NCBI GenBank assembly: GCA_964507405.1
Contig: CAZDPJ010000001.1
Location: forward strand, 110,899 to 174,898
Direction: 5' to 3'
DNA: 64,000 nt
From: an uncultured Staphylococcaceae bacterium
GTDB taxonomy: Bacteria; Bacillota_I; Bacilli_A; ML615J-28; CAG-313
This document shows positions 54,543 through 63,727 of the stretch, piece after piece. The position numbers were made by a program, and so were the translations under genes. The notes beneath the pieces were generated by a model. It worked only from the letters and a program-made list of their open reading frames with translations. It had not been told where the DNA came from and made no database searches. Position 1 is the first letter of the stretch, and each line of letters starts with the position of its first letter.

Positions 54543-55703
54543 TTATAATACATATAAAACAGCACATTTTAAATATGTTGCTTCTTCCATTCCCAATAAC
54601 ATTGGATGATCTATGGATTGAAATCTAAAGTCAAGAAGACGAACTTCTCTTTTACTATCCATAATTGCTTCTTTTAACATTTCCATAAATAATTCTTTAG
54701 TCATATTCATAGAACAAGAAAAAGTCAATAAAAATCCACCAGATTTTATCATTCTTAAAGCTTGTAAATTAATTTCTTTATACCCTTTATAAGCTTTTTT
54801 AATTGTATCTTTACTTTTCGTAAATGCTGGAGGATCTAAGATAATTACATCAAACTTTTGATTATTATTTGGATCTCTTAAAAACTCAAAGACATCACTA
54901 CATACTACTTTGATATTATCAAAATTATTTAATGTTGCATTTTTTAATATATCATCACATGCTTTTTGACTAATATCTACAGCAACAACTTCTTTAGCAT
55001 TATATTTTGAAGCATGTAACGCAAAACCACCTGTATGTGAAAAGCAATCTAATACTGTTTTATTAGAAGCATAATGTTCAAGTTGCTTTCTGTTCATTTT
55101 TTGGTCTAAGAAATATCCAGTTTTTTGACCATTAACAACATCAACATACATCTTTATTCCATTTTCTTCGATTATCACGGGGTCTTTTAAAGTACCATAT
55201 AATATACCCTTATATTCTTCTAGACCTTCTTTTTTTCTTACAGGAACATCACTTCTTTCATAAATACATGTCGGATTAAATATTTTTACTAAACTATTAA
55301 CTATCCATTCTTTGTGGTGTTCCATCCCAAGAGATAATACTTGAATAACAATGACATCACTATATTTATCAACAATTAATCCTGGCATATAGTCTGCTTC
55401 ACTATAAACTATTCTTGCATTATTTGTTAAATTCATTTGTTTTCTTAAATTCCAAGCTTGTAAAATTCGATTATAAAAAAGTTGTTCATTTATCTCTTCT
55501 TTTTTTAAAGATAGCATTCTTACCATTATTTTACTAGTTGTATTTAAGAAACCAACACCTAAAAATTCATTATTATAACTATATACTTCACATACTTCTC
55601 CTGATACAATATGACCCTCAAATTTAAGTACTTCATTTGAGAAAACCCATGGATGTCCTTGAAGAATTCTTTCTTCTTCAAATTTATTTAAATATACCTT
55701 CAT
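54543..55703 (-). CDS. rlmI: 23S rRNA m5C1962-type SAM methyltransferase
   Basis: GHPWVFSNE PUA domain, GQKTGYFLDQ, LDCFSHTGGF, ILDPPAF, FSCS. Confidence 0.88.
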   Translation of the reverse strand: MKVYLNKFEEERILQGHPWVFSNEVLKFEGHIVSGEVCEVYSYNNEFLGVGFLNTTSKIMVRMLSLKKEEINEQLFYNRILQAWNLRKQMNLTNNARIVYSEADYMPGLIVDKYSDVIVIQVLSLGMEHHKEWIVNSLVKIFNPTCIYERSDVPVRKKEGLEEYKGILYGTLKDPVIIEENGIKMYVDVVNGQKTGYFLDQKMNRKQLEHYASNKTVLDCFSHTGGFALHASKYNAKEVVAVDISQKACDDILKNATLNNFDNIKVVCSDVFEFLRDPNNNQKFDVIILDPPAFTKSKDTIKKAYKGYKEINLQALRMIKSGGFLLTFSCSMNMTKELFMEMLKEAIMDSKREVRLLDFRFQSIDHPMLLGMEEATYLKCAVLYVL

Positions 55704-55714
55704 ATCTTTTTTCC

Positions 55715-56128
55715 TTATATATTATTACTTTCAATATACTTAATTGCCTTCTTTAATATTTTACGATCATCTTCATATGTAATTTGATTTATTGCTTCAT
55801 GAATTTCAACCCAAGAAGCATTAAGTAATTCTTCTTTTTGAATAATTACATTATCACATTTAGAAATAGCAATAAAATAAATTACATCTTTTAAGACATC
55901 AGGTTTAGGACTATACGTCGATATTTCTCTAAATCTTGTATCAATGACGACATCTAGGTTTGTTTCTTCTTTTATTTCTCTTAATGCTGTTTCAATCTCA
56001 GTTTCATTATTTTCAACATGCCCTTTAGGAAATGACCAATGGCCACCAAGCATCTGAATAATTAAGGTTTCTATATTCTTATCAATTTTTCTAATAACTA
56101 CTGCTCCACATGATTTTTCAAATGTCAT
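55715..56128 (-). CDS. Nudix hydrolase (asymmetric Ap4A hydrolase-like)
   Basis: EKSCGAVV, WSFPKGHVE..ET..ETALREIKEET Nudix box. Confidence 0.9.
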   Translation of the reverse strand: MTFEKSCGAVVIRKIDKNIETLIIQMLGGHWSFPKGHVENNETEIETALREIKEETNLDVVIDTRFREISTYSPKPDVLKDVIYFIAISKCDNVIIQKEELLNASWVEIHEAINQITYEDDRKILKKAIKYIESNNI

Positions 56129-56278
56129 TGTTGTCACCTCACTTAATTATTTATTTAAATATATTATATAAAATTTTTTAATTGTAGTCAAGATTTATGA
56201 AATAAGTAGAGTTAAAATAAAAAAAGATTTACAAAAGAAAACTTGCAAATCTTTAATTTAAAATATTATATTTATCGA

Positions 56279-56974
56279 TTAATCCATTATATTATGAAAA
56301 GTAATTTCATATTTCATTGATAACATATTTAATAATTTATGTAATACTTTTTTAGCCATATCAACAATGTCAAGTGCAAGAATATTTGAAATAATTACAT
56401 CTTGAGCATTTTTTTCTACATTAAAGATTTGTAAACTCATTAATAAGAAGCGTTCAATTTTTCTTTTTAAAGTAAAGTATTTATCACATGGGGTAATCAT
56501 AAAACTTCTCATTAATCCTGATGTTCCAATTTCAGTTTCATAGAAATCACTTTCTTCATATGATGGTAGTGTTTCTTTAAATACTTTAGATAATACTTGA
56601 GATGTCTTTTCATTAATAAATCTTAATGTTTCAGGATGGCTATATGCTTCAACATATATTTCTCTTAAATTTTCATTTAATTCAACTAATGTCATTTGAA
56701 TTGATGTTTCAATAGCATATAACATAATAGGATTATTTATTTCTTTAATCATACTACTAGCCATATCAAATTGCATATCAAACATTACATCAACTAGTTC
56801 TCTTAATACACCATCTTTAGTTTTAAAAATATTTTGGAAAGTACCAGCAGATACATCGGCTTCTTTAATAATATCTAACATGGTAGTTTTTTTATAACCT
56901 TTTTCTATAAACATTTGTACGCATGCGGTAATAACTCTAGTTTTAGGATCTTTTACTTGGTCTCTTGATATCAT
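56279..56974 (-). CDS. TetR/AcrR-family regulator
   Basis: 'FIEKGYKKTTMLDIIKEADVSAGTFQNIFKTKD' HTH. Confidence 0.9.
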   Translation of the reverse strand: MISRDQVKDPKTRVITACVQMFIEKGYKKTTMLDIIKEADVSAGTFQNIFKTKDGVLRELVDVMFDMQFDMASSMIKEINNPIMLYAIETSIQMTLVELNENLREIYVEAYSHPETLRFINEKTSQVLSKVFKETLPSYEESDFYETEIGTSGLMRSFMITPCDKYFTLKRKIERFLLMSLQIFNVEKNAQDVIISNILALDIVDMAKKVLHKLLNMLSMKYEITFHNIMD

Positions 56975-57009
56975 TAAAACACTTCCTCTCTATTTTCACT
57001 TATTAATTT

Positions 57010-57129
57010 AAAAAGATTCCATCTTAAATCCCCCCACCCACAAGTTACAGAAGCTTAAGGCTGCTCCGATCAAGGCCTGACCTGGTTCACACTGGAGCCT
57101 TGGATGAAGGTATTTAAAATGGAATCCTT
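57010..57129 (-). ncRNA. ffs: Small bacterial SRP RNA (4.5S type, no Alu domain)
   Basis: Minus strand GAACCAG-GTCAGG-CC-TTGATC-GG-AGCAGC-CTTAAG domain IV motif; terminal stem GGATTCCATTTTAAAT/ATTTAAGATGGAATCT; lies after tadA as scr does in B. subtilis; own sigmaA promoter. Confidence 0.88.
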
Positions 57130-57135
57130 TATCTA

Positions 57136-57164
57136 ATTATATAATGTTTTAGTAATTTTGTCAA
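57136..57164 (-). promoter_or_regulatory. Consensus sigmaA promoter of the SRP RNA
   Basis: TTGACA-N17-TATAAT, overlapping the tadA stop codon. Confidence 0.88.
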
Positions 57165-57631
57165 TTAATAAAATCTTTTTTTCTTAACTTTTTAAAAAAT
57201 GATTTTAGTAAATTACTTGATTCATTTTCAAGTATATTACTAGTTACTTCTATTTGATGATTTATATTAGGTATTTTAGATATATCAGTTAAACTACCTA
57301 ACGCACCAAACTTAGGCTCATTAGCTCCAAAACATACTCTTTTCATTCTTGCTTGTATAATTGCTCCTGCACACATTAAACAAGGTTCTAATGTAACATA
57401 GATAGTACAATCTTCTAATATCCAAGCATTAAGTTTTTTGCAAGCTTTATTTATTGCAAGAATTTCTGCATGATTTGTTGCTTGGCGTTTTGTTTGCCTT
57501 AAATTATGTGCTTTCGCAATAACTTTATTATCTTTGACTATTACTGCTCCTACAGGCACTTCACCAATATCAAAGGCAAGTTGTGCTTCTTTTAAAGCAA
57601 GTAACATATATTTTTCATCATTTGTTTCCAT
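57161..57631 (-). CDS. tadA: tRNA adenosine(34) deaminase
   Basis: [25 protein letters not shown]; start at ATG 57631. Confidence 0.93.
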   Translation of the reverse strand: METNDEKYMLLALKEAQLAFDIGEVPVGAVIVKDNKVIAKAHNLRQTKRQATNHAEILAINKACKKLNAWILEDCTIYVTLEPCLMCAGAIIQARMKRVCFGANEPKFGALGSLTDISKIPNINHQIEVTSNILENESSNLLKSFFKKLRKKDFIN

Positions 57632-58211
57632 AATTTTTGTGGGGAACTTGATGACAATGACGACATCTAGCTTCATATTTTTCTGAAGCACTAACTAATA
57701 TAATAGGGTCATCATAGTCAGCAGGATGACCATCGATGATTCGTTGCGTTCTGGTTGCGGGGGCACCACATACTTGACATATCGCTTGAAGTTTAGTTAC
57801 ATATTCAGCACGAGCTAGGATTTCAGGCATAATACCAAAAGGCTCTCCCTTAAAATTCATATCAAGACCAGCCACAATGACTCTAACACCACTATTAGCA
57901 AGTCTTTCAATTATGTCAATTAAGCCATGGTCAAAAAATTGAGCTTCATCAAATGCTACCGCGTAAGGTAGTTCTTTGATATGAGATAATACTTCATCAG
58001 ATGAAGAAATGGGAATTGAATCAACTCGTTTATTAGAATGTGAAACTACTGCTTTCTCATCATATCGATTATCAATTTTTGGTTTAAAAACGATTACTGA
58101 TTTTTTAGCAAAATGAATGCGATTAATTCTTCTAATCAATTCTTCTGTTTTCCCAGCAAACATACTTCCACATATTACTTCTATCCAACCATCTTTACAT
58201 TTTAAATCCAT
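57618..58211 (-). CDS. tdk: Thymidine kinase
   Basis: [27 protein letters not shown]...CRHC zinc site; ATG 58211. Confidence 0.96.
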   Translation of the reverse strand: MDLKCKDGWIEVICGSMFAGKTEELIRRINRIHFAKKSVIVFKPKIDNRYDEKAVVSHSNKRVDSIPISSSDEVLSHIKELPYAVAFDEAQFFDHGLIDIIERLANSGVRVIVAGLDMNFKGEPFGIMPEILARAEYVTKLQAICQVCGAPATRTQRIIDGHPADYDDPIILVSASEKYEARCRHCHQVPHKNYGNK

Positions 58212-58297
58212 ATTACCACCAACCTTTGTTTTATCTATCATACTATATTTGACATTTTTTCTCAAGTAATTTAACTTTTTTTATTTTTTTTAATTTA

Positions 58298-58314
58298 TTC
58301 GACAAAATTCGACA
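58298..58314 (-). promoter_or_regulatory. Tandem Spo0A boxes
   Basis: TTCGACA-AAA-TTCGACA, which is TGTCGAA-N3-TGTCGAA on the minus strand, in the divergent intergenic region. Confidence 0.7.
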
Positions 58315-58369
58315 CACTTTTATTTTTAATTGTGATATACTATTGGTGCATAAGGGGGAATAATATATT

Positions 58370-58846
58370 ATGAACACAAACAAAAAAGCAGAAAAAACAA
58401 AAAATTTATGGGAAGTAAATGATGAAATTTACAGACTTAGTTTAACAAATGAAAAGAAATTACACTCTATTTATGACAAAATTAAAAGTGATGAATCAGA
58501 CTATAATTTAATGGTTATGCTATTATTATGGGTAAATCCAAATAGTATATTTAAAAATAGTGATAATTATTGTAATTCATTTACAAAGATGCTACATTCA
58601 TTAAAAGATGAGTCTTCTGAGTTTTTTAATCAAGAAATTAAATGGTTTTATACAAGTGATAATCATTTAGTATTCGTTAAAGATGATTTATTATTTATTA
58701 TTAACAATAATGAATTTGATATATCATCACAACTTCCAGATGAATATATTAATCAAACATTACATTGTGAAAATTGTAATGAAGAAATTAGTGTAACTAC
58801 TTTTATTAATGTTCCTGGAAATACTTTTTATATAATTAGTAAATAA
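58370..58846 (+). CDS. Hypothetical protein, weakly resembling the C-terminal beta domain of GH13 amylases
   Basis: AAGGGGG RBS, extended -10 TGATATACT, own terminator; 'LVFVKDDLLFIINN...LP...INVPGNTFYII' pattern. Confidence 0.55.
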   Translation: MNTNKKAEKTKNLWEVNDEIYRLSLTNEKKLHSIYDKIKSDESDYNLMVMLLLWVNPNSIFKNSDNYCNSFTKMLHSLKDESSEFFNQEIKWFYTSDNHLVFVKDDLLFIINNNEFDISSQLPDEYINQTLHCENCNEEISVTTFINVPGNTFYIISK

Positions 58847-58893
58847 GAAAAAGAGGCTTAACCTAAACTAATAGGTCAAAAGCCTCTTTCTTT
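58847..58893. terminator. Bidirectional terminator
   Basis: AAAGAGGCTT-AACCTA...TAGGT-CAAAAGCCTCTTT, between convergent genes. Confidence 0.7.
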
Positions 58894-61800
58894 ATTTTCT
58901 TTTTCTAATAATTAAAACAAGAGCACCAAGTAGAATAGTAAACATTATTGGGAAGAAAACAGTATTTGTACTACAACTTGAACAAGTATTATTATTGTCA
59001 TCAATACTAGGAGTAGGATCAGTAGGTATTTCTTCTTCATTTATAATTTCTTGATAACTAGAATCAATCGAATTATATATCTCTTCAACTTCTTCTATTG
59101 TTTTAGCATTGGTTAAAGCCTTTTTCTTTTCGCTAAACATAGTATTAAGTTTATTTTGTTTATATTCAGATAAACTATCATAATAGAATCCATTGATATA
59201 ATCTAATACTTCTTGTTTTCTTGAATTTAATGCTTTAACTTTAGATGTTAAATCATCAATATAATCTTGAACAAGTTCTACTTTTTCTTCGACTTCTTCT
59301 TTTGTTGTTTTACTAGTTAAATTACTTGTGATTTTATTTAACTCACTATTAATATTTTGTTTTTGAGTATCATCAAATAAATCATATTCAATGCTTTCTG
59401 CAAGTTCATTCTTTTTCTCAAGAGCATAATCTTGAATTATGATTAAATCGATTGAATCTTTAAATTCATCCACTAAATCTTCAATAATTGTAGATGAGGT
59501 TGCTGCAACGATTAAAGTAGTTGTTGTTGTTAATTTATCATTTACTTCTTTAATAGCAGTATCAGATAAAATAGTTAAGTCAACATATTCATTTATTTGT
59601 TCAATTGCTGCATTCTTTATAATTTCTAATTCTTGTTTAATTGTTTTAACTAAATCAATTTTAGCTTTAGTTGAAGAAACAACCTTTAATATTTCATCTT
59701 CACTTGTTGCTTTATTAATATTTGTTGATGCTACATTTAAATATGAATTAATTACACTTTGATTATCACTTGAATAATCTGATAAATTAACATAATTAGA
59801 TAATTCACTAATACTTGAAATTTTTAAATTATTTAGTTTTTCTTTTAATTCCGTTATTTTAGCTAATGCTTTATTTAATTTATCTAAATTAGTTACATAT
59901 GTTTTAGCTTCACTAGAAAGTTCATCATATGCTTCTTTAATTGAATTAATTAATTTTTCATCATTTAATGTAACATTAGATGGAATAGTATTAATTAAAG
60001 TAACAACCGATTCGCCTTCTTCTTTTGATGTAACTTCAATAGAATTATAATTAGTAACATAAGCAGATGTACCTACACTGATATTAGCAAGATTTGTAAA
60101 TGGAGAATCAGTAATTGCTCTATCTAAATATCTAATAATAAATAGTGCTTCATTAGGTAATAGTGTCACCTCAACTGAATCACTTGAATCAGTACCAACG
60201 GTTTTTACTTTTTGGTTTTCACCAATTACTAAATATCCATATGTAGGACTAGCTACACTAAATGCTGAACTTAAAGGCACTTTTACATTTGATGGAGTTT
60301 TATTAACATATACACCAGCACAAGAAGTCCAGTTACATGCAGGAATTGAAGAAGAGGTTAATTCAAAGTAGTTATTACTTGCAATATATAAAACTTTATT
60401 ACCTAGAGTCAAAGTAGAATTAGACCATCCAATGAAACTAGTTGTTCCTGTATATTGGCCTATATGGTCAGTTGATAAAGCTGACGGGTCATTTCGATAG
60501 AACAAGCCTACTTGTGTTGTTTTTAATAATCCAACATTGATTTTAACAACTTCTTTATAAGTAATTCCATCTTCTGTTATTTCTAAATATAAATCAATTA
60601 AATAAGTATTTAAATAATTTTTAAGTCTTTTTCCTGTTGATATGTTATATATATCCGCATCACTTGGTGAAACATAACTCCACTTCATATTATCTTCTTT
60701 TGGAAGTATACGATCACTATTTACATTAATATCTATAGTTTTAACAAATGAAGTTAATTTTTGTTTTAAAAGTGTTAATTTAGCTATTTTTGTTTCAGCT
60801 CGAGTTAATACAGAATAATTAGTAACTAAGTCTTTATTTGTATTAGATAATGCATTATACATTGTTCTTATTGATTGAATATCGCTTGCGTTATCTAAAG
60901 TAACATCACTTGGTAAATCATTGATTAAAGCAATTACTTGTTCATAATCTTTTAATGTAACACTACCAAGTTGAACTGGAGTACTAACAACATTAGCTCT
61001 ATTTACACTAGATACATAATAATCATATTTAACTGTATTAATACCCGTAACTGAAGTATTTTGTGTATATACTTTAACGTGGTCAATATTATTTGTGTCA
61101 AGTGTCTTTCCTTTTGGAACTTCATATACCATATAACCAAATACATTATCAACACTAGTCCAAGATAATGTAGAACCACTATTTACTAAATTACTAACAC
61201 TAACAGAAGGAAGGGTTTTCGCATATTTTTGAATAACAACACCAGGAACACGTTTTTTCCAGTAGTCATTAGAAATTAAATCAACACCATTTTTTACTAT
61301 TTGATTGTTTGTTTGTAATAAAGTAGCATATTTATAGAAGCAGAAACCATTAACTTCATCATACATACTAGCATTTAATATTTGATTTTGAACTTCATTT
61401 AAATTACGTTTCCAGTATTGGTCAGATTCACTACTTAATGCTTTATATATACCAACGCCTAAATATAGGTTCGTTTTCTTATTTTTTACACACCAACTCC
61501 ACCATTTACTTAACTCGTAAAAATTAGCATTTGTTTGTTCCATTGCCCAATATGTTTGAGGAGTAATGTAATCAATCCATTCCATATCAATCCAGTACTT
61601 AGTATCTGAGAATAAATAACTGCCATAGTGAGCAAATCCAGATGTATTTGAATATAAAGGGCTAGCTAAAGAGCCATCTGAATTGTAAGTTGGAGTCTTC
61701 GTATATCCACCATTTCGATAAATACCAGATGGAGAAATACCAAGTTGAACTGCACGACCTTCTTCAACATTCATGTCATACATCGCTTTTTGTAATTTAA

Positions 61801-62551
61801 ATATAAATTGATTTACATTAGCACGTTTTTGATCATCAGATAAGTCTTCAGCAACACCTGTAATATAGAAATAATCATCAAAATGAATTGCGTCAGCATC
61901 ATATCTATCTAAAAACTCCATACAAGTATCAACAATAAAATCTTGAACTACTGTAGATGCAGGATCAAGAATAGTTGCTCCTGAAGAATTTTTTAATAAT
62001 AAACTAGGTGTATTACATGGATGTCCTTCAGGATAATTTCCAACTACATAATAATCACTAACACGATATGGATTCATCCAAGCATGGAATTCGATACCAC
62101 GTTTATGACATTCCGTAATTAACCATTCGATTGGATCAAATTCATCAAATTTAACATTTGCGAAAAAAGTTGCAAGTGGATTTAAATCAGAACGATATAA
62201 TGCATTATTATGTGTACGTACATGAAATACTAAAGCATTCATCCCCATTGATATCATATTATCTAAAATTGCTGTTGCATCATTGATAAAGCTTGTTTTA
62301 TTAATATATGAACCAATATCACCAGCAAAAGCACTAACCCATACAGCTCTATATTCAGCTGTTGGATAATCATATTCAGATAGTCCATATACTTTTTCTG
62401 AACTATTTCGATAAGTCAAATCACTTCCAGTTGATGATTTAATAACTTGCAAATTATTACTTGCCTCTACTTTATTAAAAGATATACTAAATAAAGAGAT
62501 TGATAAAATCATCATCATGATTAAAATAAATAATTTGTTTGTCTTTTTCAT
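58892..62551 (-). CDS. Secreted, membrane-anchored GHL10 (YngK/YddW-like) glycoside hydrolase with helical repeats
   Basis: Signal peptide; EYRAVWV, FHVRT, HKRGIEFHAWMNPYR, IHFDDYFY, GISPSGI, DYITPQTYW; FnIII-like segment; repeats; C-terminal TM plus RKRK. Confidence 0.85.
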   Translation of the reverse strand: MKKTNKLFILIMMMILSISLFSISFNKVEASNNLQVIKSSTGSDLTYRNSSEKVYGLSEYDYPTAEYRAVWVSAFAGDIGSYINKTSFINDATAILDNMISMGMNALVFHVRTHNNALYRSDLNPLATFFANVKFDEFDPIEWLITECHKRGIEFHAWMNPYRVSDYYVVGNYPEGHPCNTPSLLLKNSSGATILDPASTVVQDFIVDTCMEFLDRYDADAIHFDDYFYITGVAEDLSDDQKRANVNQFIFKLQKAMYDMNVEEGRAVQLGISPSGIYRNGGYTKTPTYNSDGSLASPLYSNTSGFAHYGSYLFSDTKYWIDMEWIDYITPQTYWAMEQTNANFYELSKWWSWCVKNKKTNLYLGVGIYKALSSESDQYWKRNLNEVQNQILNASMYDEVNGFCFYKYATLLQTNNQIVKNGVDLISNDYWKKRVPGVVIQKYAKTLPSVSVSNLVNSGSTLSWTSVDNVFGYMVYEVPKGKTLDTNNIDHVKVYTQNTSVTGINTVKYDYYVSSVNRANVVSTPVQLGSVTLKDYEQVIALINDLPSDVTLDNASDIQSIRTMYNALSNTNKDLVTNYSVLTRAETKIAKLTLLKQKLTSFVKTIDINVNSDRILPKEDNMKWSYVSPSDADIYNISTGKRLKNYLNTYLIDLYLEITEDGITYKEVVKINVGLLKTTQVGLFYRNDPSALSTDHIGQYTGTTSFIGWSNSTLTLGNKVLYIASNNYFELTSSSIPACNWTSCAGVYVNKTPSNVKVPLSSAFSVASPTYGYLVIGENQKVKTVGTDSSDSVEVTLLPNEALFIIRYLDRAITDSPFTNLANISVGTSAYVTNYNSIEVTSKEEGESVVTLINTIPSNVTLNDEKLINSIKEAYDELSSEAKTYVTNLDKLNKALAKITELKEKLNNLKISSISELSNYVNLSDYSSDNQSVINSYLNVASTNINKATSEDEILKVVSSTKAKIDLVKTIKQELEIIKNAAIEQINEYVDLTILSDTAIKEVNDKLTTTTTLIVAATSSTIIEDLVDEFKDSIDLIIIQDYALEKKNELAESIEYDLFDDTQKQNINSELNKITSNLTSKTTKEEVEEKVELVQDYIDDLTSKVKALNSRKQEVLDYINGFYYDSLSEYKQNKLNTMFSEKKKALTNAKTIEEVEEIYNSIDSSYQEIINEEEIPTDPTPSIDDNNNTCSSCSTNTVFFPIMFTILLGALVLIIRKRK

Positions 62552-62667
62552 TTAATTCTCCTTTATTTTATTTTACCACACATTTAAATTATATCATAAA
62601 AGCGAAGGATTTGTAACTATTTTGATAAATATTTATGTTGGTAATTTATAGATAAATTTATCAATAA

Positions 62668-62697
62668 TGTATATATTTTAAATTATCAATCATAATA
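62668..62697 (+). promoter_or_regulatory. SigmaG-type (forespore) promoter
   Basis: TGTATA-N17-CATAATA, upstream of an AAGGAAGG RBS. Confidence 0.65.
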
Positions 62698-62718
62698 AAT
62701 ATAAAGGAAGGTATAATT

Positions 62719-62898
62719 ATGACAAACAAAGAATTATTATATTTAGAAGATGCTTTAAATCATTTAAAACATTTTGACTGTGTATGCGAAGAAGCATCAT
62801 CTTTTATTACTGATGATGCATTAATTAAATTTACAGATGATGTAAAATCTTATCTTACATCAATTTACAACAATTTGTATCAAACATTATCTAAGTAG
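62719..62898 (+). CDS. Small spore-associated ferritin-like protein (59 aa), partner of the Coat F gene; absent from the ORF track
   Basis: Translates MTNKELLYLEDALNHLKHFDCVCEEASSFITDDALIKFTDDVKSYLTSIYNNLYQTLSK; good RBS; its stop overlaps the next RBS (TAGGTGA). Confidence 0.75.
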   Translation: MTNKELLYLEDALNHLKHFDCVCEEASSFITDDALIKFTDDVKSYLTSIYNNLYQTLSK

Positions 62899-62906
62899 GT
62901 GAATTT

Positions 62907-63152
62907 ATGAATAACAAATATTATATGGAAAATTTATTAACAAGTGCTAAAAGCATGTGTAATTTATTAGTTAATGGAACAATTGAATCAACAACTCCTT
63001 TTGTTAATTCAAGTTTTAATCAGGCATTATTTGAAATGTTAAGTTTACAAAATTCTATTTATAAACAAATGGAAAGTATGGGGTGGTATAAAGTAGAAAA
63101 TGTGCCTATCACCAAAGTAAATCAAACAATAAGTACTGTTATGAACTCATAA
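62907..63152 (+). CDS. Coat F-domain spore protein
   Basis: 'MENLLTSAKSMC...GTIESTT...LQNSIYKQMESMGWY' Coat F pattern. Confidence 0.8.
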   Translation: MNNKYYMENLLTSAKSMCNLLVNGTIESTTPFVNSSFNQALFEMLSLQNSIYKQMESMGWYKVENVPITKVNQTISTVMNS

Positions 63153-63209
63153 TTTAGTAATATTTTATTAAAAGAAATAATATAATATGGTGAAAGGATA
63201 ATTTTTATT

Positions 63210-63677
63210 ATGAAGAAGCATTGGCCTAAATTAGTTGTTTTTGTAATATCTTTATTACTATACTTTTTACCATCATTTTTATTTCCCGTTGATACATCGT
63301 TTTATAATTCTTTAAATGGGCCTCATTTACCATCATGGTTATTTGTGGTTATGTGGATAATAATATATATAACAATGTCAATTTTTGATGTATACTATAT
63401 CTTTTATCCTAAAAATAAAAGAAATATGGAAACTAAAAGAATATTAATTTTCTTAGTTATTAATTATTTTTTACAAGCATTATATACACCAGTATTTTTT
63501 AAACTACACAATTTATTTTTCTCTTATATTTTAGTACTATTTACTTTTATTACTATTTTAATTATTGCTTTAGAATCTTTATTAGTAAATAAAAAAATTA
63601 CTCTTTTAACTCTCCCTTATATTATTTGGAGTGCACTAGCAAGTGTGGTTTCAATTCTAATCTATCTCCATAATTAA
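63210..63677 (+). CDS. tspO: TspO/MBR-family tryptophan-rich sensory protein
   Basis: 'FYNSLNGPHLPSWLFVVMWIIIY', 'YTPVFF', 'LPYIIWSALA'; five TMs. Confidence 0.85.
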   Translation: MKKHWPKLVVFVISLLLYFLPSFLFPVDTSFYNSLNGPHLPSWLFVVMWIIIYITMSIFDVYYIFYPKNKRNMETKRILIFLVINYFLQALYTPVFFKLHNLFFSYILVLFTFITILIIALESLLVNKKITLLTLPYIIWSALASVVSILIYLHN

Positions 63678-63710
63678 AATAACAAGCAGTTTACTACTTG
63701 TTATTTTTTT
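63676..63710. terminator. Bidirectional terminator between tspO and the aminopeptidase
   Basis: AAAATAACAAG-CAG-TTTA-CTA-CTTGTTATTTT. Confidence 0.75.
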
Positions 63711-63727
63711 AGGAAATAGTTGCTTAA

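Noticed and set aside
57010-57129. GC-rich structured intergenic segment as a riboswitch or leader for the TetR gene
   Set aside because: The domain IV motif, closed terminal stem and position after tadA identify it as SRP RNA.
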